A stretch of DNA of 38,949 nucleotides from Mailhella sp. (GCA_017411945.1 JAFQPD010000064.1:1-38949); one strand, 5' to 3'; shown: positions 27,330 to 35,482, numbered from the stretch's first letter. The notes: a model not told the origin generated them from the letters alone. Made by a program: numbers and translations.

Positions 27330-28715
27330 ATGAAGCGTACCAGCATCAGCGAAGCTCTTGCTTCCCTCGAACCCCGCAATGGCGTCACCGTGTGCGGCTG
27401 GGTGCGTACCCGCCGCGATTCCAAGACCTTCGCCTTCCTCGAACTGAACGACGGCTCCTGCCTCAAGAACCTGCAGGTCATCATCGATGAAGGCACTGAA
27501 GCCTGGGCCGCCCTTGAAGGCGTGAACACCGGCGCGGCCGTGAGCGTCTGCGGCGACCTCGTGGAATCTCTCGGCAAGGGCCAGAAGTGGGAAGTCCGCG
27601 CCCAGGCCATGACCGTGTTCGGCCTTGCCGATCCGGCCACCTTCCCGCTCCAGAAGAAGCGCCATTCCGACGAGTTCCTGCGCACCATCGCCCACCTGCG
27701 CCCCCGTACCAACAAGTATGGCGCTGCCTTCCGCATCCGCTCCGAAGCGGCCATGGCCATCCATGACTACTTCCGCGGCCAGGGCTACTACTACGTCCAC
27801 GCTCCCATCCTCACCGGTTCCGACTGCGAAGGCGCCGGCGAGATGTTCCGCGTGACCACCCTGCCCGTGGACGGCGGCCCCAAGCCTGAATCCGGCAATT
27901 TCTTCGAGAACGACTTCTTCGGAAAGGCCGCCAGCCTCACCGTGTCCGGCCAGCTCGAAGCCGAAGCTCTGGCTACCGGCCTCGGCAAGGTCTATACCTT
28001 CGGCCCCACCTTCCGCGCCGAACATTCCTATACTCCCCGCCATGCCGCCGAGTTCTGGATGGTCGAGCCCGAAGCCGCCTTCAATGACATCTGGGACAAC
28101 ATGGAGCTGGCTGAAGGCCTCATCCAGCACACCATCAAGCATGTCGTCGAGAAGTGCTCCGACGACATCGCCCTCTTCGACAAGTTCGTGGCTCCCGGCC
28201 TGCTGAACGACCTGAACGGCATGATCGAGAAGGGCTGCGCCCGCGTCTCCTACCGCGACGCCGTCGACCTGCTCCAGAAGAGCGGCAAGAAGTTCGAATA
28301 CCCTGTGTCCTTCGGCACCGACCTGCAGACCGAGCACGAACGCTTCCTCGCCGAGGAATACTTCAAGTCTCCTGTCACCGTGTACGACTACCCCAAGGGC
28401 ATCAAGGCTTTCTACATGCGCATGAACGATGACAACGAGACCGTGGCCGCCATGGATCTGCTCGTTCCCCGCATTGGCGAACTCGTGGGCGGATCCCAGC
28501 GTGAGGAACGCCTCGACCGCCTCACCCAGCGCATCGTCGAGCTTGGCCAGAACCCCGAAGACTACTGGTGGTATCTCGACCTTCGCCGTTTCGGCTCCGT
28601 TCCCCACTCCGGCTTCGGCATGGGCTTCGAGCGCATGATCATGCTGCTCACCGGCATTTCCAATATCCGCGACGTGCTTCCCTTCCCCCGCACTACCGGT
28701 TCTCTGGAGTTCTAA
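27330..28715 (+). CDS. asnS: Asparagine--tRNA ligase
   Basis: GWVRTRR, LNDGS, HLRPRT, DCEGAGE.F, LTVSGQL, TFGPTFRAE.S, EFWM.EPE, GGSQREER and GFGMGFER motifs. Confidence 0.97.
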   Translation: MKRTSISEALASLEPRNGVTVCGWVRTRRDSKTFAFLELNDGSCLKNLQVIIDEGTEAWAALEGVNTGAAVSVCGDLVESLGKGQKWEVRAQAMTVFGLADPATFPLQKKRHSDEFLRTIAHLRPRTNKYGAAFRIRSEAAMAIHDYFRGQGYYYVHAPILTGSDCEGAGEMFRVTTLPVDGGPKPESGNFFENDFFGKAASLTVSGQLEAEALATGLGKVYTFGPTFRAEHSYTPRHAAEFWMVEPEAAFNDIWDNMELAEGLIQHTIKHVVEKCSDDIALFDKFVAPGLLNDLNGMIEKGCARVSYRDAVDLLQKSGKKFEYPVSFGTDLQTEHERFLAEEYFKSPVTVYDYPKGIKAFYMRMNDDNETVAAMDLLVPRIGELVGGSQREERLDRLTQRIVELGQNPEDYWWYLDLRRFGSVPHSGFGMGFERMIMLLTGISNIRDVLPFPRTTGSLEF

Positions 28716-29306
28716 ATGCGTACCATGACCGAACGCCGCCGGGCGAAGATAGAAAAGGTGCTTTCCCAGCGTCAGAAGGGGCTTACCCTTGTGATGGACA
28801 ACGTGTGGGACCCGCACAACGTTTCCGCCATCTACCGCAGCTGCGATGCCTTCGGCGTGCCGGAAGTGCACCTGTACTACAGCCAGTGCGCCTTCCCTCA
28901 GCTCAGCCGCAAGACTTCCGCCTCTGCCTTCAAGTGGGTGAACACCATTCGCCACTCCTCCAAGGAAGAGCTGGTGGAATGCCTGCACGGGCAGGGCATG
29001 CAGATACTCGCCACGAGCTGTTCTCCTGCCGCCAAGCCTCTCACTGCCTATGACTTCACCAGGCCCACGGCCATCATCATGGGCAACGAGCACAGCGGCG
29101 TTTCCCCTGAGCTCGTGCCTATGGTGGATGGCGAGGTGTACATACCCATGTACGGCATGGTGCAGAGCTTCAACGTGTCTGTGGCCTCTGCCCTCATGCT
29201 CTCCGAGGCTTCGCGTCAGCGCGCCCTTGCCGGCATGTACGAGCAGCGTCTCTGGAACGACGAAGAATACGAAGAACGCCTGAACGCCTGGTTCGAGAAG
29301 GCGTAG
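28716..29306 (+). CDS. trmH: tRNA (guanosine-18-2'-O)-methyltransferase, SpoU/TrmH family
   Basis: DPHNVSAIYRSCDAFG, KWV, IMGNEHSGVS and IPMYGMVQSFNVSVA..E..RQR. Alternative start at 28725. Confidence 0.9.
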   Translation: MRTMTERRRAKIEKVLSQRQKGLTLVMDNVWDPHNVSAIYRSCDAFGVPEVHLYYSQCAFPQLSRKTSASAFKWVNTIRHSSKEELVECLHGQGMQILATSCSPAAKPLTAYDFTRPTAIIMGNEHSGVSPELVPMVDGEVYIPMYGMVQSFNVSVASALMLSEASRQRALAGMYEQRLWNDEEYEERLNAWFEKA

Positions 29307-29311
29307 AAGGA

Positions 29312-29385
29312 AGGATGTTTTTCTGGGGAAGGGGAAAGTTTTGGAAAAGTTTCCCTTCCCCAGCCCCATCCCTTTCAGAACTTTT
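29312..29385. repeat. REP-like extragenic imperfect palindrome
   Basis: CTGGGGAAGGGGAAAGTTTT-GG-AAAAGTTTCCCTTCCCCAG (29323-29363) with outer GGATG/CATCC arms. Only one copy in this window. Confidence 0.5.
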
Positions 29386-29391
29386 CAGTTG

Positions 29392-29414
29392 AGCCCGCTT
29401 CGCCGGGCTTTTTC
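29392..29414 (+). terminator. Intrinsic terminator after asnS-trmH
   Basis: AGCCCG-CTTCGC-CGGGCT followed by TTTT. Confidence 0.7.
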
Positions 29415-29519
29415 TTTGAGGTGCAAGGCTTTTTATGCATGACAGGGCGGAAGGCATTGCAAAAAGCCGCAGGCAGGGCTAGTGTAGTCTTGTCCCGTGA
29501 AGAATTTTCTGGAGTATCC

Positions 29520-30401
29520 ATGCTTTTCGACGATCAGCTTCGAGCCATGTTGGGCCGCGCCCGCCGCATTGCCATCATCGGAGCCAAGGACAACCTTGGC
29601 TCTCCCGTCGACCATGTGGGCCGCTACCTGCTGAACGCCGGATTCGAAGTCATGCCCGTGCATCCTGTGCGCAGGCAGACGTGGGGGCTCGCCAATGCGC
29701 ACAGCATACTGGAGCTTGCGGAGCTCGGCTTCGAGCCGGATATCGTCTGCCTGTTCCGCGCTCCCCAGTATTGTGCGGACCACGCCCGCGAAGTGCTCCA
29801 GCTCCCGAAGCTCCCTCAGATATTCTGGATGCAGGAAGGCATACGCAATGCCGAGGCCGGCCAGCTCATGTTCGAGGCCGGCGTCAAGGTCGTGGAAGAC
29901 AGGTGCATCGAGACCGTGCATAAGGCTCTGTTCAATGACAGGACCGCGACTTTCACCTGCCTGCGCTGCGGCAAATGCTGTGAGGGCCGTGGCGGCATCG
30001 TGGTCGGCCCGCGCGACCTGCCCCGCCTTTGCGCCCACTTCGGCCTGGCTGCCGAAGAAGTGCTGGAACGCTATACGGAAACCATGGGCGGAAAGCCCAC
30101 GCTCAAAGCAGGCGACGACGGCTTCTGCATGTTCTTCAAGGAAGGCAAAGGCTGTTCCATCCATCCTGCCCGGCCTTCCGTGTGCCGCGCGTGGCCGTTC
30201 TTCCGAGGCAACCTCATCGACCGCGTGAGCTTCGAGATGGCCCGCGAGGACTGCCCCGGCATCAGCCGTGAGGCCAGCCATGCCGAGTTCGCCCACGAAG
30301 GCTTCCGCTATCTGGAAGACTATAAGCTCCGCTGCCGCGATATCCGCACCGAAGGCCGTGCCGTCATCGTGGACGAAAGCGAACTCCCGCCGCTGGACTA
30401 G
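29520..30401 (+). CDS. Fusion of a YccU-like CoA-binding domain and a YkgJ-family CxxCxxCC cysteine-cluster domain
   Basis: N-half: IAIIGA, V.RYL...G..V.PVHP, DIVCLFR, WMQEGI, VVEDRC. C-half: CLRCGKCC, FCMFF..GCSIHPARPSVCRAWPF, CPG. No internal stop; GGAG RBS. Confidence 0.85.
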   Translation: MLFDDQLRAMLGRARRIAIIGAKDNLGSPVDHVGRYLLNAGFEVMPVHPVRRQTWGLANAHSILELAELGFEPDIVCLFRAPQYCADHAREVLQLPKLPQIFWMQEGIRNAEAGQLMFEAGVKVVEDRCIETVHKALFNDRTATFTCLRCGKCCEGRGGIVVGPRDLPRLCAHFGLAAEEVLERYTETMGGKPTLKAGDDGFCMFFKEGKGCSIHPARPSVCRAWPFFRGNLIDRVSFEMAREDCPGISREASHAEFAHEGFRYLEDYKLRCRDIRTEGRAVIVDESELPPLD

Positions 30402-30601
30402 GCGGCAGATATTTTCCGGCCTGCCAATGGGCCGGACGCCGCATGAGGCGGCACGGAAAAGGACGCCGCCGGGCCCAGCCCGGTGACGGTGTTTCTAACC
30501 CTGAGGGCGGCGGACGCCGCTCCGCGCAGGCTCTTGGTCTGCGCCTCGAAGCCGGGCACGGAAGGTGCGCGGCGAAAGCGTGAACTGCGCGAGAGGATAC
30601 G

Positions 30602-31273
30602 ATGAATATTCTGATTTTTGGCCCCAACGGCAGCGGCAAGGGCACCCAGGGCGCCCTTCTCATGGAAAAGTACGGCATCGCTCACATCGAGTCCGGCGCC
30701 ATCTTCCGTAAGCACATCGGCGGCGGCACCGAACTGGGCATGAAGGCCAAAGCCTACATCGACAAGGGCGAACTCGTGCCCGACGACATCACCATCCCCA
30801 TGGTGCTCGACATCCTCAAGAATCAGGGCGACAGCGGCTGGCTGCTCGACGGCTTCCCCCGCAACATGGAACAGGCCCGCAAGCTCGACGAAGCCCTCAA
30901 GGCCGAAGGCATGAAGCTCGACTATGTGGTCGAGATCCTGCTTCCCCGCTCCACCGCCCGCGACCGCATCATGGGCCGCCGCCTCTGCGTGAACAACAAC
31001 AATCACCCCAACAATATCTTCATCGAGGCCATCAAGCCCAACGGCGATGTCTGCCGCGTGTGCGGCGGCGAGCTGAAGACCCGCGCCGACGACCAGGACG
31101 AGGCCGCCATCAACAAGCGTCACGACATCTACTATGATGAAGTGAACGGCACTCTGGCCGCAGCCTACTACTTCAAGGCCCTCGCCGAAAAGGGCGAGAC
31201 CTGCTACATCGCTCTCGACGGTTCCGGCTCCATCACTGCCATCCGCGAAGAACTGCTCTCCAAGCTGCAGTAA
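30602..31273 (+). CDS. adk: Adenylate kinase with metal-binding LID
   Basis: GPNGSGKGTQ P-loop, GELVPD, LLDGFPR, R.DD; LID has C-X5-H-X15-C-X2-C. Confidence 0.97.
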   Translation: MNILIFGPNGSGKGTQGALLMEKYGIAHIESGAIFRKHIGGGTELGMKAKAYIDKGELVPDDITIPMVLDILKNQGDSGWLLDGFPRNMEQARKLDEALKAEGMKLDYVVEILLPRSTARDRIMGRRLCVNNNNHPNNIFIEAIKPNGDVCRVCGGELKTRADDQDEAAINKRHDIYYDEVNGTLAAAYYFKALAEKGETCYIALDGSGSITAIREELLSKLQ

Positions 31274-31291
31274 GCCTGGCGACTGAATGAA

Positions 31292-31328
31292 AGAAGCCCC
31301 GCTCCATGAAATGTGGAACGGGGCTTCT
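31292..31328. terminator. Hairpin between convergent adk and the kinase pair
   Basis: AGAAGCCCCG.TCCA..TGGA.CGGGGCTTCT inverted repeat. Confidence 0.7.
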
Positions 31329-31346
31329 GCGATATATGCTGCAGGA

Positions 31347-32201
31347 TCATTCAGGAGAGTTTCTCTCTCTTAGTCTTTTCAGTATGCAGGCAAAGTATTC
31401 GTCGTCATTTTTGCTGGCCGCGCCTTTTTTTATTCTGCGCACTTCATCTTCGATGTTGATGGGAACAATGTTCCCTTCTTCGTTGATGCGGGTCATGAAT
31501 GCCAAGTCGGTTATGAATACTTGGCTCTTTTGTCCCGGAAGATTGCCGACAACGATGTTGGCGGAGTGTATGTCCCGATGCACCAGATTGTTTGCCTTCA
31601 GCCATGCCGCCGAGTCTGCGATTTGGGAGCTCACCCAGTCCGGGATGGCTTCATCCTCTACGAGGAGGTCTTCCAGAAGCCGGAGGTTTTCTATGAAGGG
31701 CGTGACGAGTATCTCGCAGGTGCTGGCGTTGACGTAGAGAAGAGGCCGGATGAAATGGGGGCATTCCGAAGCGATGAGGCCTTTTTCGTATTCGTTCTTC
31801 AGAACGCCGCCTTTGGCAGGGTCGGTCTTCATACGGCTAAGGGAAGCCTTGATGAAGACATCGGTGCCATCGAGCTTTCCTTTGAAAAAGTAGTCGGTGC
31901 ATCCGCCAGTAACACGGAGGCGCACGAGTGAGGTGACCGGAGATCCGTATTCGTGCTTTATCGTTTCGTGAACGAAGGCTTGCACGAGAGAATCAAGAAC
32001 CATATTTTGCCTTTGTACCCGCTGGGCGACAAAGAAATAGTTGAGTTTGAAAGAGTACGTTATCCTATACGCTTTTCCGAAAAGAACGATGACCCACGCG
32101 CAGTGCTCAATGGAATTTTCGGGATACATGAAGAACTTTTTCTTCTTGCCGCTGCGAGTGCGCTTCCAAGGAAGTTTTTCAACTTTTTCTATTTTGAACA
32201 T
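31347..32201 (-). CDS. Protein-kinase-fold phosphotransferase, paralogue A (284 aa)
   Basis: VFIKA (beta3 Lys), NEYEK (alphaC Glu), HRDIHSAN catalytic loop, TDLAF in place of DFG. AGGAG RBS before ATG 32201. Confidence 0.8.
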   Translation of the reverse strand: MFKIEKVEKLPWKRTRSGKKKKFFMYPENSIEHCAWVIVLFGKAYRITYSFKLNYFFVAQRVQRQNMVLDSLVQAFVHETIKHEYGSPVTSLVRLRVTGGCTDYFFKGKLDGTDVFIKASLSRMKTDPAKGGVLKNEYEKGLIASECPHFIRPLLYVNASTCEILVTPFIENLRLLEDLLVEDEAIPDWVSSQIADSAAWLKANNLVHRDIHSANIVVGNLPGQKSQVFITDLAFMTRINEEGNIVPINIEDEVRRIKKGAASKNDDEYFACILKRLRERNSPE

Positions 32202-32252
32202 GATGTGCTCCTGTATGCAAAGTCTGTAGTTAGAGGCTGTCCATCGCAAAAG

Positions 32253-33107
32253 CTACTGATGTTTTTGTGCGTCGGCCTCAATTTTATTTTTGACGGCAGT
32301 GAGCAGCTGGTTGAACATGAATTCATCATCCTGCCTGTAGGCGGGCTGTATGTATTTCTGCACTTTTTTTTCAAGATTGGTCGGGACGACGTTTCCGTTG
32401 TCATCGAGCCAAGTCATGTAGGCAAGGTCGTTGAGGAAGAGCTGAGGCGTTCCTCCTGCGATCGAGCCGACAGATATGTTGCTGCCGTTGAGATCGCGAT
32501 GGACGAGCCGTTTGGAACTCAGATAGCCTGCGATTTCCTTCAGTTGGTCGTACATCCAGGTTGGAATGGGAGCTTCTCTGTCGATAAAAAACTGCAGAGG
32601 GCGGATGTTCTGTATGAAGGGCGTGATGATGATCTCACAGGGAAGGCACTGGATGTAGTGAAGGGGCTTGGGAACATAGCGGCATTCTTCAGAGAGAAGC
32701 ACGGATTTTTCGTACTCGTTCAGCATGGCAGGGCCAGTTCCCGTATCGGTGGCCAGGCGGGAAAGAAGGGCTTTGACGAAAACGTCCTGCCCATCGAGAC
32801 ATCCGCGGAAGTAGTAGTCGGTACAGCATCCCACGGTATTGAGCCGCTCGAAAGAGGTGAGCTTTTTGCCTGTCTCCAGCTGAATGATTTGGCGAAGATA
32901 GGACTGGGAAAGGGCGTCGATCATCAGTCGCTCTCGCCGTACCTGTCGCGCTATGAAAAAATAGTTGAATTTTGCAGAGTATTTAATGCGCCAGGTTCTG
33001 CCAAAAAGCGTCAGCGTAACGGTGCAGAAGTCCAGATTGTTAACGCTTTTCAAGCGAAATCTGGTCTTGGCAAGATTGGGTGCGGCAATGCGTTCTATCT
33101 TGAACAT
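32253..33107 (-). CDS. Protein-kinase-fold phosphotransferase, paralogue B (284 aa)
   Basis: VFVKA, NEYEK, HRDLNGSN and NDLAY motifs. AGGAGG RBS. Confidence 0.8.
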   Translation of the reverse strand: MFKIERIAAPNLAKTRFRLKSVNNLDFCTVTLTLFGRTWRIKYSAKFNYFFIARQVRRERLMIDALSQSYLRQIIQLETGKKLTSFERLNTVGCCTDYYFRGCLDGQDVFVKALLSRLATDTGTGPAMLNEYEKSVLLSEECRYVPKPLHYIQCLPCEIIITPFIQNIRPLQFFIDREAPIPTWMYDQLKEIAGYLSSKRLVHRDLNGSNISVGSIAGGTPQLFLNDLAYMTWLDDNGNVVPTNLEKKVQKYIQPAYRQDDEFMFNQLLTAVKNKIEADAQKHQ

Positions 33108-33177
33108 TTTTCCTCCTGCGCATGAAGCGTCGCCGGGAGAGAGCAGTCAATATGACATTCTCAAGCAAATAAATGTG

Positions 33178-33205
33178 ATTTTAGACGCTTTCGTCTGGGA
33201 GTCAA
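33178..33205 (-). promoter_or_regulatory. Sigma70 promoter for the kinase pair
   Basis: Minus strand TTGACT-16 nt-TAAAAT; the spacer holds the small inverted repeat AGACG-AAAG-CGTCT. Confidence 0.6.
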
Positions 33206-33217
33206 GACTTCGGAACT

Positions 33218-34123
33218 TCAGTTCCGGCCGGCCGCACGTGTCGAATGCCAGCAGACGAGAGAGCCCGCCACGAGCACTCCGACGCCCAGCCAGAACGGGC
33301 CGGATATGCTTGCGCCTATCCACAGAGAAGAAAAGATGCAGGAAAGCACAGGGGTGAAGTACGAGGCTATGCCGATGAGCGTGATGTTGCCGTGCGTCAC
33401 GCCATAGTTCCATGCCGCATAGGCGCCGCCCACGGCTATGCCGCCGAGCACCACGCTTATCCAGCCTTGAAGCGAGCCTCTGGAGAGTTCTCCATAGCCC
33501 ATGGCCCACAGTGCGGAGAACATGAGGGCGTCGATGGTGAAGACGATGAGGGCCGGGTTCTGCCCGTTGGACCAGGCGCGCACCACGTTGGAGTATATGC
33601 CCCATGTCACCGCACCGGCAAAGGCAAGGCCGTAGCTCCACGGATTGGAGCGTATGTGTTCCAGAAGTTCTTCCGGGCGTATGCCGTGTTCTCCGCCAAG
33701 CACGAGCGTGAGCCCCAGAAAGCAGGCCGCCACGCCGGGCCACAGCCACCATCGCGCCTTCTGCCCGTTGAAGAGCACGGCGAAGAGCACCACGAGGCAG
33801 GGCCATAGATAGTTCACCATGCCCACTTCCACCACCTGCTGGGGGCCGTCTGCCAGATAGAGCGAAAGGCAGTAGCAGATGGTATAGACGTTGCCCATGG
33901 GCACGCCGAGGAAGAGGAACTTCTTCGAGAATTTTTTCAGATCCGGCAGGCCGAGGACAAGGAGAAGGAAGGCGCAGGTCACCCAGTTGAACACGGCAAG
34001 CCCGGCGGCCATGCCGAAGGATTCCGTGATGCATCGCGTGAGCCCTACGGACATGCCCCAGCACAGGGGAGCGGAAAGGCCGATGAGCGTGGCGCGGGTA
34101 TGGTGGGCGCGGTTGGGAAGCAT
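33218..34123 (-). CDS. yddG: DMT-family aromatic amino-acid exporter
   Basis: ATLIGL.A..WG..VG, QVVEVGMVNYLWP, NPWSYGLAF.GA..W..Y and YAAWN.G..HGN....SYFTPVLS. Confidence 0.88.
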   Translation of the reverse strand: MLPNRAHHTRATLIGLSAPLCWGMSVGLTRCITESFGMAAGLAVFNWVTCAFLLLVLGLPDLKKFSKKFLFLGVPMGNVYTICYCLSLYLADGPQQVVEVGMVNYLWPCLVVLFAVLFNGQKARWWLWPGVAACFLGLTLVLGGEHGIRPEELLEHIRSNPWSYGLAFAGAVTWGIYSNVVRAWSNGQNPALIVFTIDALMFSALWAMGYGELSRGSLQGWISVVLGGIAVGGAYAAWNYGVTHGNITLIGIASYFTPVLSCIFSSLWIGASISGPFWLGVGVLVAGSLVCWHSTRAAGRN

Positions 34124-34256
34124 GAAGACCTCGGCTTTTTCCTCTGGCCTTGAGATACTTATGGGCTTTTGTCAAGATTATGCCTCTCCCAGAGCAAAAG
34201 CGGCCTCTCGCAAAAGGGCATTTTTTCTTTTCTGCTATGGATGAATGATTTTTGTA

Positions 34257-34303
34257 TTGACAAGATTGGGGCTTTAGTTCAAATTCAAATTCGCATTTGA
34301 ACT
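34257..34303 (+). promoter_or_regulatory. Candidate promoter with overlapping palindromic operator upstream of the TetR gene
   Basis: TTGACA (34257) -17 nt- CAAATT, overlapped by TTCAAAT-N4-ATTTGAA (34284-34301) and an extra TTCAAAT half-site at 34278. Confidence 0.55.
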
Positions 34304-34583
34304 TGGTTCGATGCTTTTCCTTCGGGAACGAATTTCGCTCGTGGCGTGCTTTGGAATACACCTCTCCATTTCAAAGTTGCGCAAGCCGCTCTGCGGGACG
34401 GACGGTGCAGCCGTTATGAAAGAGATACGCGTAACGTCTGCCTGCCCTCAGAAGACGGTTATGGAAGTTCCGGGGCATGACCGTCCGTAATGCCCCGACT
34501 TTCGAATTTAAGGCTGGTCCGCATTGCGGCCCGGCCTTTCTTGTTTTATATTGCGCCTGTTGCTTCAGCAAAGGACACGCTTC

Positions 34584-35318
34584 ATGATTTCCCTTTTTTC
34601 CCGTAAGAAGAACGTCCGTGAGGACGGCGAGGCCACCCGCCGCCATATCCTCGAAACGGCAGTCCGGCTTTTTGCCGAGCACGGCTATGCCGATACCACC
34701 AGCAAGATGATATGCAAGGAGGCCGGGGTGAACCTCGCGGCCGTGAATTACCATTTCGGCAGCCGCGACGATCTTTACCGCGCCGTGCTCGAAGACGTGC
34801 ACGAGCATATCGTCAACGAACGGGAAATGGAAAGCATCATGGATGCCGGGTGTTCTGCCGAGGAAAGGCTGGGCATGGTGCTCGATGCGTACATCGCCAA
34901 CATCTACAATTCCCAAAGCTGGCATTCCCGCATCTGGGCCCACGAGCTCATCGCCCCTTCGGCATTGGGCGGGCTTTCCTTCCTGCAGGGCACGCTGACC
35001 AAGGAACGCTCCATTTCCAAGCTCCTTTCCGAGATAACCGGCATCCCCGTGGGAGATCCGGCTTTGAACTGCTGCGTCATCACTGTCATGAGCCCCTACC
35101 TCATCATGCTCTGCATCCAGCGCGATATGGCAAGGGCGCTGGCTCCCATCTTCCACTATCGCTGCGAAGACATGAACGCCTATTTCAAGGAGCTCATTTT
35201 CAGCGGACTCCATTCCTTTGCCGAAAAATACAGGCGCGGCGAGTTTCCTTCGGCTATGGAGCTTCCCGTGGAAAGTTCCGTTCCCGGCGGGAAAGCGGCC
35301 GTTTCTCCCGTGGAATGA
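34584..35318 (+). CDS. TetR/AcrR-family regulator (CecR/YbiH-like, DUF1956-type C-terminus)
   Basis: TRRHILETA..LFAEHGY..T..ICKEAGVNLAAVNYHFGSRDDLY HTH. AAGGA RBS before ATG 34584. Confidence 0.92.
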   Translation: MISLFSRKKNVREDGEATRRHILETAVRLFAEHGYADTTSKMICKEAGVNLAAVNYHFGSRDDLYRAVLEDVHEHIVNEREMESIMDAGCSAEERLGMVLDAYIANIYNSQSWHSRIWAHELIAPSALGGLSFLQGTLTKERSISKLLSEITGIPVGDPALNCCVITVMSPYLIMLCIQRDMARALAPIFHYRCEDMNAYFKELIFSGLHSFAEKYRRGEFPSAMELPVESSVPGGKAAVSPVE

Positions 35319-35332
35319 CTCTTGCTTTTTCG

Positions 35333-35366
35333 AAGCCCTTCCTGCTTCAGGAGGGGCTTTGTTTTT
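35333..35366 (+). terminator. Intrinsic terminator after the TetR gene
   Basis: AAGCCCTTCCTG-CTT-CAGGAGGGGCTT followed by TGTTTTT. Confidence 0.8.
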
Positions 35367-35371
35367 AATGG

Positions 35372-35405
35372 AAAAAGGCCGGATCCTTCCCTCGGGATCC
35401 GGCCT
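35372..35405 (-). terminator. Intrinsic terminator after the porin gene
   Basis: AGGCCGGATCC-N8-GGATCCGGCCT with a T-run on the minus strand. Confidence 0.75.
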
Positions 35406-35482
35406 CAGGCATCGCTCCTGCCGGGGGGAGCCTTGCCGCATAAGGAATGACAGAAAAGCGGCAGGGCGGCGGAGCTGCTGCT

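Noticed and set aside
33140-33165. Fur-box-like TTGAGAAT upstream of the kinase pair
   Set aside because: Only one half-site matches, with no convincing palindrome.
11367-34123. Functional link between the PheC-like enzyme and the YddG aromatic exporter
   Set aside because: They are about 21 kb apart with unrelated genes between, and I see no shared regulatory motif.
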